Below, piece after piece: positions 1-14,979 of a DNA stretch of 64,000 nt. Origin of the DNA: the human T2T-CHM13v2.0 reference genome, Homo sapiens. The stretch lies in the NCBI RefSeq assembly GCF_009914755.1, contig NC_060925.1. One strand, written 5' to 3'. The position numbers and the translations under genes were made by a program. Each line of letters begins with the position of its first letter. Position 1 is the stretch's first letter. The notes under the pieces were generated by a model, which saw nothing but the letters and a program-made list of their open reading frames with translations, had not been told where the DNA came from and searched no databases.

Positions 1-1750
1 CTATGTGTTTTATGTTCTGGCTAAAAAATATTTTCCTACCCTATGATAATGAAGATATTCCCCTATGTTGTAGTGTAGCCACTCTATATTTTTGTTTCTT
101 CATTTAGGCCTGTGCTCCATTTTGTATAACTTGTGTATATAAAACAAAATAGGAATTAGGGGATTGGTTTTGTTTTTCTTATACCAAAATGCAGTTATTT
201 TAGTACCATCTGTTGGAAAGATTTTCTTTTCTTCATTTCATTGCACAGGCACATTTGTGGAAGTTGAATTGGGATATATGTATGAGTTTAGAATTAGCCT
301 ATGAATTTCTATAGCAAAGTTTGTTGGAATTTTGATTAAGAAGGCATCAAATATATGGATAAGTTTGAGGGATTCATATGTTTACAATATCGAGTTTTAA
401 AATAAATATTGCATGTATCTCCATTTATTTGGGTTTAACTTAATTTTTACCCATTAATTTTATAGTTTTAATTAAAGGATACTTTATCATTTTTGTTAAA
501 TTTAATTCTAATTGTCTTATATTTTTGATGCTACTAAAATTGACATTTTAAAATTTCATTTCTTATTTCTGTTACTAATATAGAAAATTGATTTGATCTG
601 TCATCTATTTACCTATCAAGCTATCATAACCTGAGATCTTGCTAAATGAACTTATTAGTTCTAATAGTTATTTTTGTAGATGTAGTGATATTTTCTAGGT
701 ACTCAGTCACATCATCTGCAAATGAAGAAAGTTTAATTATTCCCTCCAAATAATTGTACCTTTTATATCTTTTTCTTGCATTAGTGCAGTGGTTTGGGCT
801 TTTAATAAGATATTGTACACAGTTGGCAAGAGTGGACATCTTAGGAGAAGGAGTTCAATATTTTGCAATGAAGTGTGATGTTAGCTTTATGTTTTTCATA
901 GAAACAAAGTATTTACCAAGAATAAATATTGATTTTTACAAATACATTTTTTCTCAAATATTGAGGTGAATGGATTAATGTTTCACTGTTTGTTCTGTTA
1001 GTGTAGTGAATTATATTAATGTATTTTCAAAAAGTAAATCAGTCCTGCACTCTTAGAATAAATCCTCTTTGACATGGAATCTTATCCTTTATATACATTG
1101 ATGTAATATGTTTTCTATTATTTTGTTAGAAACATTTTTGAAAGTATTTTAATATATTATAGTGGTCTCTAATTTTGTTTTCTGATAATGTGCTTCTTGG
1201 GTTTCAGTTTTAGTGCTATTCTGGTTTCATAAAATGAGATATTAATGATTCTCTAACATTTTATTTCCTGAAAGAATTTGTGTAAGCTTGTTTTATCTTT
1301 TTTCTTAAATAATAAAACAACCTTGGACTAGAGTTGTCATCCTGGGAAGTTTTATAGTTTAAAATCTATTGTTTAAACATATTTTTTATTTTTGGTAGGC
1401 TATGGTTTTAAGGGGATTTGTTAGAATCTAAGTTTTCTCATTTATTGACAGTAACTTGTTCCCAACATTTGTAGGACTGGAATTAATATTCTCTCTTTCA
1501 TCACTGCTTTTGTAATTTCTTTCTTTTTATTCCTGATCTGTCTTCTTAGGGATTTATCAATTTCTCTAAGAACTGCAAAGAATCAAACTGTGATATTGCT
1601 GATTTTCTTTTTGCTCTTTTTTAATTGTTTACTTTTCATATCCTTATTATTTTCTTCCTTCTCCTTATTTTTGGGTTAAATTTACTTTTTCTTTTACATT
1701 CTTAATTTTAAGCTTAGATTATCATTTTATTACTATCTTCTTTACTAATA
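1..1750 (-). mobile_element. Old, degraded LINE-1 (L1M-type), antisense
   Basis: T-rich sequence with reverse-complement L1 ORF2 phrases; resumes briefly after 3425. Confidence 0.6.
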
Positions 1751-1764
1751 TCAGAATTTAAAAC

Positions 1765-3425
1765 CATCTCAATATGATTCTATATCTAGAAAACACTAAA
1801 GATTACACCAAAAGGCTACTAGAATGGATAAACAATTTTAGTGCTATTCCTACCAAACTACCAGATCATTCTTCACAGAATTGGTAAAAAAGTATTCCAA
1901 AATTCATGTGGAACCAAAACAAGATCACAAATAGTCAAAGGAATTTGAAGTAAAAAGACAAAGCTGGAGGCATTACAACACCAAACCTCAAACTATACTA
2001 TAAAACTATAAGACTATAAGAATCTAGTAACCAAAGAATCATGGTGCTGGTATAAAAACAGACACACAGATGAATGGAACAGAAAAAAAAAAAACTCAGA
2101 AATAAAGCCTCACACCTACAACCATATGATCTTTGACAACACTAACAAAAACAAGCAACGGGGAAAGGACTCCCTGTTAAACAAATGGTGCTGGGATAAC
2201 TAGCTAGCCATATGCAGAACATTGAAACTGGACTCTTACTTTTCACCACATATAAAAATCAACTAAAGATGAATTAAGGGTTTAAAGGTGAGACCCAAAC
2301 TATAAAAATCCCAGAAAAAATCTAGGAAATAACCCTTGTGATACTGGCCTGGGCAAATAATTTTTGGCTAAGTCACCAAAAGCAGTTTCAACGAAAACAA
2401 AAATGGACAAATGGGCCTAATTAAACTAGAGTTTCTGCACAGCCAAAAAATAAAATAAAATAAAAAACACTATAAATAGAGTACACAGATAACCTACTGA
2501 GACCTACTGCATGGGAGAAAATATTCACAAAGTATGTATCAGACAAAAGCCTACTATCTAAAAATCTATAAGGAACTTAAACAAGTCAATAAGCAGAAAA
2601 CATATTAAAAATAAGCAAAGAACATGAACTGATACTTCTCAAAAGAAGACATACAATTTGCCAATTAACATATGAAAAAATGCTCAGCATCGCTAATTAT
2701 CCAAGAAATGCAAATCAAAACCATAATGAGATACCATCTCCCAAAAGTCAGAGTGGCTATTATTAAAAATTCAAAAACCAACAGATGCTGGTGAGGCTCA
2801 GAAGAATAGGTAATGTTTATATACTGTTGGTTGGAATGTAAATTAGTTCAGCCACTGTGGAAAGCAGTTTAGAGATTTTTCAAAGAACCTAAAACAGAGC
2901 TACCATTCAATTCAGCAATCTTATTACTGGATATATACCCAAAGGAAAACAGATCATTATACCAAAAAGACACATGCACTCATATGTTCATCACCATGCT
3001 ATTCACATTAGCAAAGACATGGAATTAACCTAGGTTCCCATCAATGGTGGATTGGCTAAAGAAACTGTGGTACATATACACTATGCAATACCAAGCAGCC
3101 ATAAAAAAGAACAAAATTATGTCCTTTGTAGGAACATGGATGGAACTAGAGGCCATAGCCCTAAGTGAATTAATGCAAGAACAGAAAGCCAAATCATGCA
3201 TGTTCTCACTTACAAGTGGAGCTAAACATTGAGTACACATGGACATACACATGGGAACAATAGAAAACTGTGGACTATCAGAGGAAGAAGGAAATGATGG
3301 CAGCATGGGTTGAAAAACTACTTATTGGGTACTATACTCACTACCTGGGTGCAATACACCCATGTAACAAACTTGCACATATACCCCCTCTATCTAAAAT
3401 AAAAGTTGAAATTAAAAATAAAATT
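1765..3425 (+). mobile_element. 5'-truncated LINE-1 (L1PB/L1PA15-17-like): ORF2 3' part, 3' UTR and A-tail
   Basis: Clear ORF2 C-terminal DNA and remnant peptide WLKKLWYIYTMQY; 3' end ...ccccctctatctaaaataaaagttgaaattaaaaa. Confidence 0.85.
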
Positions 3426-4549
3426 TAACTATAAATTTTCCCTTAAGCAATTTTTAGGTGCATTTCATAAACAAAACAATTTTTGTTTTTATTATCAAGG
3501 TGGAAATGTTTACTTATTGAACTTGTGTGTTACTTTTTGGCTATAAACTACATAAAAAAACAAAAGAGAGAGAGAGAGAGTTATTGGCTTTCTTCATTTG
3601 CCCACCACTTGTACCAATTAATGCATCCAGAGACTTATGTACTCAGATTGGCCCAGTTAATATTAGGTGGCCCTCCTACATTGAGACATGGATTGAGAGA
3701 AAAGGATATTAAGCAATAAACATGGGGAATAGGGATGTTGTATATGAAATAAAATAGATATAGTAAGAATGGAGTGAAAATATCCAGTTATTCCTCCCAT
3801 AGGTAAAAATTATGAAACATGAACAAAAGCATTAGAAACAACGATTTGAAGTCATTAGAAAAAACAAAGGCAGTCATGAACTTGAGGAGCAGTTAATATT
3901 AAAATATTGCTATTTTATATTATCAGTAAGAACTGTGGGTTTGAAGTTTTATTGTTTAAGAACAGTCTCCAGCATACCCAATGCAAACCCCAAGATGGCA
4001 GATTATAGAGTTTAAAGCAGACACAGAATTGGAAATTTAGAAGAGCCATTTTGTAAATGAGAGAGCTAAAGAAGAGCTAAAATACCAAATCTGACTATTA
4101 TCTCTGCAAAAGCCCTGACTTATCACGGGAAGCTCAATGGAAGATAAAATACATAGACAAGGAAAAAGGAATATACTCTTGAAAGACTGAACGACTTTTG
4201 GTATTATTTGTGAGTTTGATAGTTTATAAGCATTGCCTGAGTGTATTCCTCTGGTACCATATAGATTTGAAGGCTGCAAGTGGACACCATATTGGCTTGA
4301 GTTGTTAGACAGCAGAATTAAGAAGTGTTAAAGGAACTACACATCTAGGAAAATACAGAGAGAAAGAGTCTTAAGATCTGAGGATAAATTCTGTACAAAT
4401 ATTTGCTGCCAGCTAAACTATATTCAGATAGCTAAACTATACATTCAGTGGAGATAATCAGGAGGCCAGACTAGAAAAGAAAGATAAAAGAAGTAAAGCA
4501 GCATCTTGAAGCCAAACAACATGAAAAAATACATAAATTGCTGCAAGAA

Positions 4550-5435
4550 GTTGGTAATAAATATTTTGCATTGGTCCAGAAAAATGAACTGCCTGTTAGA
4601 CACAAAAAAAGAGTAACTCCCCAAAAAATCAGATTTTAGAATTACTACAATTTCTTTTTAAAATGTTCGGTTTTCAACCAAAAATATTTACTAATACAAA
4701 AATTTTGTAAACTACTTATACACAAGAAAAAATGTAGCCTATAGAAATTGATTTCAAGTGAACTCACAATTTGCATTTTGCAGTATTCACATTCATGTTT
4801 TTGAGAAATATGCTCAAAGAATAAAAGGAAATTATGCCAATAAAGAGTAAACATGTAGATAATTAGTAGAGCAGTGGAAATTATAAAAAGAAACCAATTG
4901 GATATCTGGAGCTTACAAGTCCAACAATAGCTGAACTGCAAAGTGTGTGAAATGGCCTCAACAACAGGTTAGAGATAATAGAAAAAAGAATAAGTGAATC
5001 TGAAGCAATTTCAATAGCAATTATCTGATCTGAAAAAATACAGAAGAGAAAATATAAATAAAATAAACAAATAAGACTTTTTTTTTTTTAACAGGGTCTC
5101 ACTCTGTTACCCAGGCCAAAGTGTGATCATAACTCACTGCATCCTTGACTTTCTGGGCTCAAGCAATCCTCCTGCCTAAGCCTTCTGAGTAGCTGGGACT
5201 ACAGACATGTGCCACCATGCCCTGCTAATTTTTTGATTATTTGTAGAGACAGAGTTTCACTATGTTGTCAAAGCTGGTCTCAGATTTTTGGAATCAAGCA
5301 TTCTCCTACCTCAGCTTCCCAAATTGATGGAATTACAGGTGTGAGCCACCATGCCCTGCCTCTTTCAGACTTTTGAGACAATATTAAATGATCCAACATA
5401 TGTGTAATTGAAATCTCAGAAAAAGACAAAAAGAA
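4550..5435 (+). mobile_element. Old L1M 5'/ORF1 remnant (host element, resumes at 12480-13220)
   Basis: A-rich ORF1-like phrases; continuation 'aaatattgaagaaataacagctgaaaacttcccaaatttg' directly after the inserted L1. Confidence 0.6.
5078..5360 (-). mobile_element. AluJ-like SINE
   Basis: Poly-T, then agggtctcactctgttacccagg...gtgagccaccatgccctgcc; highly diverged. Confidence 0.9.
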
Positions 5436-6532
5436 AGAAGACTTTAAGATGGCTGACTAGAAGAATTTCATGCCTGTATCCTTCATTTAGAAGAACCAAA
5501 ATAGCATGTAGACAGTCACACTGCACATGCATTATCCGAGAGGGAACACTGGAATTCAACAGAGAAGCAACAGGAAACATCAAAAGCAGAGAAACAAAAG
5601 GGAGAGTGGTAGTGTGCCTGGCCAAGTTCAACTGGGAGCCAGGAGTGACTTCCATCATGGGCAAAGGGTAAGTGAGAGACTTCTAGCAGCCCACATTTGT
5701 ACAATGGAATCATATAAACCTGGCCACAAGAGAATTCCTTGATCCTCCCAACTCCTAAAATGAACATAGGGAGCTCCTGGGAGACTGTGGGATGGAACTG
5801 CTCCAGAAAGGGAACTCATGATGAGTCCCACACGCTGTCTGAGACATTATTGGCTACAGTAAAATGTGAGCTTCAAAACTAATCTTTGGCAGACTCCCAT
5901 GCTTTCCTGGGGCCCAGAAATGCTGGGACTGAGGTATTTCAGAAATTCAAACTATCACTTCTGGAATGGAATAATGAGCTGGGGGTACTCCCAACACTGG
6001 AGCCAAGAAGTGAACAAGGTGTGGGCTACAGCTGCCAGTGCCAGGAAGCAAGTGCTACCAGGACAGAGATGGGAATCTGAGTGGGGCACAAGTTGCCACT
6101 GAAACTTGGTCACTAGCTGGTTGGGGCTCCTGTAGCAGCAGCAGGAGTGTAAGCTAGTCATGGGCTATCACCACTAAGCCTGGGAAGCAAGCCCTGTTGA
6201 GACAGGGGAATGAGAGGGACACTCTTTGCTGGCCTTGGCAGTGGTCACTGAGGATGGCCCAACCCTCTCCATTGGCAGAGTCTCAACATGGATGGTACTA
6301 CCCCTCACTGAACACTCCACCTGGGGCCTGATGATTGCCCTTCCCAGCAGGCTAGTGCCTGCTCTCATCATTGGTGGGGCTGGAGCACTGGGTGACCAAA
6401 CCTGGTTTTGCCCCCCACCTCAAGAGCACATCTCCTGAAGTCCTGGAAATTGACCAATCCAATCCACCATGTTGGACACCTGAGCACTCCTGGGTGCCCA
6501 AGTTTTGGTATAAACTTCTAGCTGTTACCACC

Positions 6533-6896
6533 TGTATTAGTTCATTTTCATACTGCTATGAAGAAATACCCAAGTCTGGGTAATTCATAAAGAAAAGGGT
6601 TTAATGAACTCACAGTTCCACATGGCTGGGGAGGACTCACAATCATGGTGGAAGGTGAAGGAGGAGCAAAGTCACATCTTACATGGCAGCAGGCAAGAAA
6701 ACATGTGCAGGGGAACTGCCCTGTATAAAAAACCATTAGATCTCATGAGATTTATTCACTATCATGAAAACAGCATGAGAATAAACTGTCTCCATGATTC
6801 AATTACCCCCTCCTGGGTCCCTCCCATGACACATGTGGATTATGAGAGCTACCATTCAAAATGAGATTTTGATGGGGACCCAGCCAAACCATATCA
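6533..6896 (-). mobile_element. THE1 (MaLR) solo LTR
   Basis: tgtattag...cagccaaaccatatca termini; 5-bp TSD CCACC at 6528-6532 and 6897-6901. Confidence 0.92.
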
Positions 6897-9800
6897 CCAC
6901 CTCAGATGGCACCTACCTGAAGGCCTGAAGACTGCCCTACCAAGCCCATCACATTCAGTGCCAACATCGACACACACCATACAAGACCCAGAGAATCATC
7001 AAACCACAGCTATTGCCGTCACTCACACCATGCCAGCTTCCCTGTGTCCTGAGAACCTCACCACTCACCTAGTCTACTACTGCCACTACTGAATCCAAAT
7101 AAGTCACATGGAGGTCAAATAATTGGCTCGCCAGTACCTGCTAACACAGGTGTCAGTATATACCACCCTGGTGCGTAAAGATAGGCACTCTCAGCCCACA
7201 GCTGCCACCACTGGGGCCTGATGACTAGCCCAACTGGCATCCTAGACTGCAGCACCATTTACCACAGCCTCCATTAATAATCACACCTTAATCCACCAAG
7301 GAAATCACAGATGCCACTAACCCTATTTGTAGGCAAAGAAATCATACAACGACTACACTAATGCACACACCTAGATTCAAAGCCAAAGTACCCTACCCAG
7401 CCAACAACATAGATACATCTTCAGGAAAAAGTCCTCCCCTACAAAAGTAAATTCAAAAATTGAAAGAAGTGATGGTTATATCAGATGAGCAGATATAAAT
7501 GTAAGACATAAAAAATATGAAAAATCAAGGAAATATAACACTTCTAAAGAAACATGTTAAATCTCCAGCAATAGATCTTAAATTTTAAAAAAAATTTAAA
7601 AATTTTTAAAAATTCAAAATTCAGGAAAAAGAATTAAAAATATTTATTTTAAAAAAGCTCAGTGAGACCAAGAAAATTGTGAACAACAATATAAAAGCTA
7701 CAAAAATAATAAAAGATGTAAATAAGAAATAGGTTGTTTAAAAATAAGCCAATTAGAAACTCCAGAACTGAAGAATTCATTGAAGGAAATACAAAATACA
7801 TTTGCAAATGTTGACAATAGACTAGATCACGCAGAAGAAAGAACCTCAGAACTTGAAGACAGGTCTTTTAAAAATAATCCAGCCAGACAAAAATAAAGAA
7901 ATAATAAAAAAATGAGCAAAGACTTTGTAACATTTGAGATAATATAGAGCAATCAAATATTCAAATTATCAGTGTCTTCTAAGGCAAAGAGGCAATAAAA
8001 GAATTCAAAAACCTATTTTAACAAATGATAGATAAAATATTTCCTACTTTAGCAAGATATGTAGACATTCAGATATAAAAGGCTCAGTGATCCCTAGCAA
8101 GATATAATGGGAAAAGTGCTTCCCCATGGCACATTATAGTCATATTTTCTAAAGTCAAAGAAGAAAGGTGAATTCTAAAAATTGGAAGAGAAAAGCATCT
8201 AGTAATCTATAAAGGAAAAACCATTAGATAAAGAGTGGATTGCTCAGTAGAAACCTTATAGGCCAGTAAAGAATAGGATATTTTCGAAGTGTGGAAAGGA
8301 GAAAAAAAGCTAACAACAAATAATACTATGTCAAGCAAAATTATCTTTCATAAATGAAGATGAAATAAAGTCTTTCCCAGATAAGCCAATGCTGAGGAAA
8401 ATCATTGCCATTGAACTGACCCTAAAAGAAATGCTCAAGGAAGTCCTAAACCTGGAAGCAAAAGAACATAATGGAAACACATGAAGGTATAAAACTCACT
8501 GGTAAAGTAATCACACATAAGATAAAGAGAAAAGACTCAAATGATACCACTACAGAAATCCACCAAATCACAAAGGTAGTCAATATAGGAAAAAGAAAGC
8601 AATAAAGAATATAGAAAACAAACAGAAAACAACTAATGATATGACAGCCTCACAATTACTAATAACCTTGAATGTAAATGGATTGAATTTTCTATTTAAA
8701 AATATAGAATGAATGAATGGATTAAAAAAAACATGATCAAACTATATGCTGCTTAGAAAAAAACTGGCCTTAAGGAAAAACTTAAGAATTTTTTAAAAAA
8801 TCATGAAACAAATGAAAATGGAAGCACAACACACCAAAACCAGTGGGATACAGCAAAAGTAGTGCTAAGAAGGAATTTTATAGCAATAAATGCCTACATC
8901 AAAAAAAAAATAGAAAGATAACTTAACAGTCTAACAACACACCTCAAGAAACTTGAAAGGCAAGAACAATGCAAACTTAAATTTAGCAGAATAAAAGAAG
9001 GAATAAAGATCAGAGCAAAAGTAAATGAAATAGAGACTAAAAAATTACAAGGGTCAACAAAATGAAAAGTTAGTTTTCTATAGAGTCAAACAAAATTGAT
9101 AAACCACTAGCTCAAATAATGAAGAAAAGGAGAGAAGACTCTAACAAAATTGGACATTAAAAAGAAGACATTTCAACTGGTACGACAGAAATTCAAAAGA
9201 TCATCACACACTATGCTGACATATAGGCTGACAAACTGGAAAACCTAAAGGAAATGGATAGATTCCTGGAAATATAGAACTTCCCAAGGTTGAGTCAGGA
9301 AGAAATAGAAAACCTGAACAGTCCAATATCAAGTAGGGAAGTTGAATCGGTTATAAAATGTCTCACAACAAAGATAAGCCCAGGAGCACATATATTCACA
9401 GGTATATTCTACTAAATGTACAAAGAAATAATACCAATTCTTCTGAAACTATTCTAAAAAAATTAAAGAGTATGAAATTTTTTTCTAACTCATCTATGAG
9501 GCCAGCATCACCTTGATATTACAACCAGATAAGGACACAACAACAACGCACACCACAGGCCAATATCCTGATGAACACAAATGCATAAATCCTCAACAAA
9601 ATACTAGCAAATGGAATCTTGGAGCTCATAAGAAATATATATATGATGATCAACATATTTATACTGGGCATGCAAGGATGGTTCATCACATGCAAATCAA
9701 TAAACATGATACTTCACATTAATAGAATGAAGCATAAAAACCATATGATCATCTCAATAGATGTAGAAAAAGCATTTGCTAAAATTCAACATTGCTTTAT

Positions 9801-11749
9801 GATAAAAACTTTCAACAAAGTAGGCATAGGAGCAACATATCTCAAAATAATAAAGGCTATATATGATAAACCCACAGCTAACACCATATGAATGAAGAAA
9901 ATGTGAAAACCTTTGTTCTAAGATATGAAACAAGGATGCCCACTTTCCCCAAAACTATTCAACATGATACTGGAAGTTTCAGCCAGAGAAATCAGGAAAG
10001 AGAAAGAAACCAAGGCATCCAAATTGGAAAAGAGGAAGTCAAATTGTCCCTCTCTGCTGTTGATATAATCTTATATATAGCAAAATTTAAGACTCTAGCA
10101 AAAACTACTAGATTTGAATTCAGTAAAGTTGCAGGGTACAAAATCAATGTAGAAAATTCAGTAGCATTTCTATGTATCAATAATTATCTAGCCGATACCG
10201 AAATCAAAAGGCAATAACCTTTATAATAGCTGCCCTCCTCCAAAAAATACAGAGGAATAAATATAACCAAGGAGGTAAAAGGTCTCCACAAGGAAAACTA
10301 TAAAACATTGATGAAAGAAATTGAAGATGACACAAACAAATGGAAAAACATCCAGTGCTCATGGATGGGAAGAAATAATAGCAAAGAACAAGAAAAAAAA
10401 TACTAAAATTTATATAAAGCCCCAAACAAGCCTGAACAGCTAATGCAATTCAGGGCAAAAAGAACAAAGCTGGAGGCATCACATTACCTGACTTCAAAAT
10501 GTATTACAAGGATATAGTACCCAATACAGCATGCTGTTGTAGAAAAATAGACACAAAATCCCATGGAATAGAATAGAAATTCCAGAAAGAAAGTCACATA
10601 CTTAGAGCCAACTGATCTTCAACAAAGCCAATGAGAACTTACATTGAAGACAGGACATGTTCTTCAATTTATGGTGCTGGAAAAATTGGATAGCCACATG
10701 CAGAAGAATGAAATTAGACCCCTATTTCTCACCATAAACTCAAAATTGATTAAGGACTTAAACATAAGACCTTAAATAATAAAACATTAGAACAAAACCT
10801 AGAGAAATATTTCCTGGACATTGGTTTAGGCAAATAATTTATGACTAGGACATCAAAAGAACAGGTGACAACAACAACAAAAAAGTGGGACCACATTAAA
10901 CTAAAAAGCTTCTGCACAGTAAAGGAAACAATCAACAAAGCAGAGAGCAATCTTTTGAATGGGAGAAAATATTTGCAAAATATTTGTCTTGCAGGGAAAT
11001 TATATCCAGAATATACAAGAAACTCAAACAACTCAGCAGGAAAAAAAACCCAAATAAACCCATTAAAAAGTGGGCAAAGAATATGAATAAACATTTTTCA
11101 AAAGAAGACATACAAATGGCTAACAAGTATATGAAAAAATGGTCAACATCAAAAATCATCAGATAAATGCAAATCAAAACCACAGTGAGATATCATCTTA
11201 CTTCAGTCAGAATGGCTATCATTAAAAATAACATGTTGGTGAGGATGTGGAGAAATTTTCACACATTTGCTAGTAGGAATGTAAACAAGTACAGTCACTA
11301 TGAAAACAGTATGGAGAGTTCTCAGCTATTTTATCCAGCTATCTCACTACTAGATATCTACATAAAGGAAAAGAAATGGCTATATCAAAGGGATAACTAC
11401 TACACTCACATGCTTATTGTAGCACTATTTACAACAGCAAAGATATGCAATCAGTCTAAGTGTGCATAGATGGATGAATGCATAAAAAACAAAAATGTGG
11501 TAGATATACACATTGAAATAATATTCAGGCATAAATGGATGAAATCATGCCATGTGCAGCAACATGGATGGAACTGGAGGTGATTATCTTAAGTAAAATA
11601 AACCAGACACACAAAAAGTAAATATTGCATGTTCTCACTTTCATGTGGGAGCTAAAAAATTTGATTCCATGGAAGTAGGTAGTGGAAAGATAAATTAAAA
11701 ATACTGGGAAGGGTCAGGATGAACGGTTGCATGAAGATAATTCTGTTAA

Positions 11750-12288
11750 ATAGTGTTAGGGTTCTCTAGGGGGACAGCACTAATAGGATAGATGCATATA
11801 TGAAAGGGAGTTTATTAAGAAGTATTGACTCACACAATCACAAGGTGAAGACCCACAGTAGGTCATCTGCAAGCTGAGGAGCAAGGAAGCCAGTTCGAGT
11901 CCCAAAACCTCAAAAGTAGGGAAGCCGACAGTGCAGCTTTCAGTCTGTGGCTGAAGGCCTGAGAGCCCCTGGCAAACTAATGGTGCAGGCCCAAGAGTCC
12001 AAAAGCTGGAGAACTTGGAGTCCGATGTTTGAGGTCAGAAAGCATCCAGCATGGGAGAAAGATGGAGGCCAGAAGACAGTCAGTCTAGTCATTCCACACC
12101 CCTCTGCCTTTATCCTAGCTATGCTGGCATCTGGTTAGATTGTGCCCACCCACATTGAGGCTGGGTCTGCCTCTTCTAGTCTACTGACTCAAATGTTAAT
12201 CTCCTTTGGCAACTCCCTCACAGAGACACCCAGGAACAATACTTTGCATCCTTCAATCCAATCAAGCTGACACAATAATAACCATCAC
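11750..12288 (-). mobile_element. MLT2A-like (ERVL) solo LTR
   Basis: agggttctctagggggacagcactaataggatag...caatcaagctgacac...aaccatcac, inserted in the L1 3' UTR. Confidence 0.85.
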
Positions 12289-14198
12289 CCAGTGCCAATA
12301 TACAATGAGATGGAGTAATGTTTGATATCAGAATAGGGTGACTATACTTAACAAAAATGTATGTACTAGGGTGACAGAAGCCCTGAATACCCTGACTTGA
12401 TTACTATGCATTATGTACGTATAACAAAATATCTCATGTACCCTATACATTTGTACAAACAAAAAAGAAAAAGATAAAGAAAAATATTGAAGAAATAACA
12501 GCTGAAAACTTCCCAAATTTGGTGGAAAATATTAATTCACTAGTTCAAGATATTCAAGAAGCCACAAGTAAGAGAAACACATAAGGTACATTCAAGTACA
12601 TTTTAGTTAAATTTCTTATAGTAAAGAGAAAATATTAAAGCAACTAGAGAAAAATGACACATTATATGAGTGGAAAAATGATACAATTAATGGTAGCATT
12701 CTCAACAGAAACTTTTGAAGACAGAGACATTGAAAATGGCATAGAAAGATGAAAGAAAAAAACCCTGATGACTAGTAATTTTATATCCAGTAAAAATACA
12801 TTTCACAAAGAAAGAAAAAGTGAAGATATTTTCAAATAAATAAAAATGGAGATAATGTATTGCTAGCAAAACTACACCATAAGAAATACTAAGAGAAATC
12901 CTTAAGGATGAAGGAACATAAAATCTGATTATACAAGAAAGATTGAAGAGCACTGAAAATGATAAATATTGGTTAAATATAAAAGATTTGCACAAACATA
13001 ATTTTCTCTTAATTTCTTTATAATAGCATATGCCTGTTCAAAAATTATGACAACGTGTTAGTAGATTTACATAATTGGGACTAAGACATTGCAAATTTTC
13101 TACATTTAACTGGAAATAATTCAATGTTAAGTTTAAGTAGATTATGTTAAAAATACATGCTGTAATTGCTAGATCAACAACTAAAACAACATTGCAAGAA
13201 AAATAGTTATAAAATCAATTGTTATTTTGTTCCAACATCTAACTCATCTTCCTAACCCCAAAGCAGGGTCCTGGGAATAGTATGGTAAACAAAAGAAAGG
13301 CTTCTTAAGTCTACTTACTACTGCCTCACCAATTGACTGTGTTATCTTGGGTAAGTTATTTAATATTTTTCATGCCTCAGTGTTCTTATTGGAAAAATAG
13401 GAATAATAATAATACTCACATATTTTATTAAATTTATATAATGAAATTAGTCAATATCTGTTGATGAATACATGTTGCCAATTATCATTGTTGTTTCTAT
13501 TAAATCAGTCAATGAGTGAAGATGTATGTAGAAGGTGCAACTATTTACACCATTAAGTATATCAGAGAGACATGCATTTTAAGAGTGACAAGTCAGATTA
13601 ACCTAGTTGTAGGTAGACTTTTGGGACATTTTAAGGTTTCAGAACAATCTGAAGGTGGAAAGTATATCACTTGTCTGGATGCAGATATTGCAGCATTGTT
13701 GAAACAAAGGAAGAGGATGAAAATAAGGTAAAGTTGCTTTTAAAATGATGCATCTGAGAAAAAAATGGAATAGACAAATGAGGATGCAGGAATAAATTGA
13801 CCCTGAAAGAGATCAGAATTTTCTTCAGAATGACTTTGAAACCAGGCACATATCCAAAGTAGTTATATCAAGCTCTTGAGACAGCAGTGGGGAGCAGCTG
13901 AATTCTTGTTTCATTTTTAAATTATACATCTTATGGTATAAATTTATAAGCATAAGTCCTTAGTTCTGTAATTTTGGACCAGTTATTTAAAGTCTATTAG
14001 GCTCAGTTACACTTCTATAAAGTGTAACTATTAACACTATCTCACTAGGCTGCTGTAAATTTTAAAAGAGATTTATGTTGTGAAAAAAATTAGTGTTTAA
14101 TACTTAGCACATGATACAATACTTATTATTTAAATCATGATCCTAGTATCTCTTGTTCACATTCCCCTTTCTGCTTTCCCCAAAAGGATATTCCCAAC

Positions 14199-14506
14199 TA
14201 ATGACAAAAAAACACAATTAGACGTGCTTCCTGAGACAGCACCCATTGGGACTAGAGAATCCTCTGAGAAAGAAGCTGTTTGGATGGAAGAAGGTATTAT
14301 TTACCACCTGGAACTAGGGGTGTGGAAGAAGATTTCTTTGTATCATTTGGAGACATCACACTGCTCAGAGTAGGAGATTTCAAGATGCATCTCAAGTCTT
14401 TCTCCTGTGGTCTATCCTGCTGGGAGGCAGTCTAGTGCATGGGAGCTAAAAGGCAGGACTTGCTTTGTGAGCCTCTTCAGGTCAGCGTGAGTCTGTTCAG
14501 GTGAGT
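14199..14506 (+). promoter_or_regulatory. OR10Z1: Putative OR10Z1 upstream non-coding exon/promoter region
   Basis: Consensus donor CAG|GTGAGT at 14500/14501; candidate acceptors at 15424 and 15433 ahead of the ATG; TAATGA homeodomain-type motif at 14199-14204. OR genes typically have 5' UTR exons. Confidence 0.4.
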
Positions 14507-14979
14507 GGAGAATCCTCCCTTGACTTATGCTTTGGTTTAGAGTAGAGTTTTTGGAGGCAGCAGTACCTGATTTTGGGCTGAGAGATGCATGCTGCACAAC
14601 CTGCCTTGAGCCCTGACATTTTCTTCCGTGCTTAACATAGATTCACAGGTAAAAGAAGCCTGCCCTACTCTGCCCAAGGAATTTGGAAAGGGTAAAATGG
14701 CTTGGAAGAGGGGTTGTATAGATAAAGTGATTATCGTTGAACTAACTATTTCTTACTCCATATTCATATTAGTGTGTGTTCCATAGTCTCTAAAGAGAGT
14801 CATCATTGTATGGGGAAAATAAGGATAGATTAAGAGTCACCATACTTGTTTTCTAATACTGGTTCTGTGTGACTTCAAGAAAGTCACTTCACCTCTCTTG
14901 ATCTTTGTTACCTGATCTATAAAACAAAATCCATCAAGATCAAGTTTCCCCACCTCCCCACAAAGTTCTAACAAGCAAT

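Larger units (their letters stand above)
5440..12480 (+). mobile_element. Near full-length degraded LINE-1 (L1MA-like): 5' UTR, ORF1, internally deleted ORF2, 3' UTR; interrupted by two LTRs
   Basis: 5' end aagatggctgactag; ORF2 remnants ([32 protein letters not shown]); A-rich tail at ~12460; imperfect TSD gaaaaagacaaa/gaaaaagataaa. Confidence 0.85.

Noticed and set aside
5408-6864. Cluster of short ORFs in a GC-richer stretch
   Set aside because: L1 5' UTR and THE1 LTR sequence
14241-14251. O/E (EBF)-like site ACCCATTGGGA
   Set aside because: The spacer does not fit TCCCNNGGGA; too weak to call
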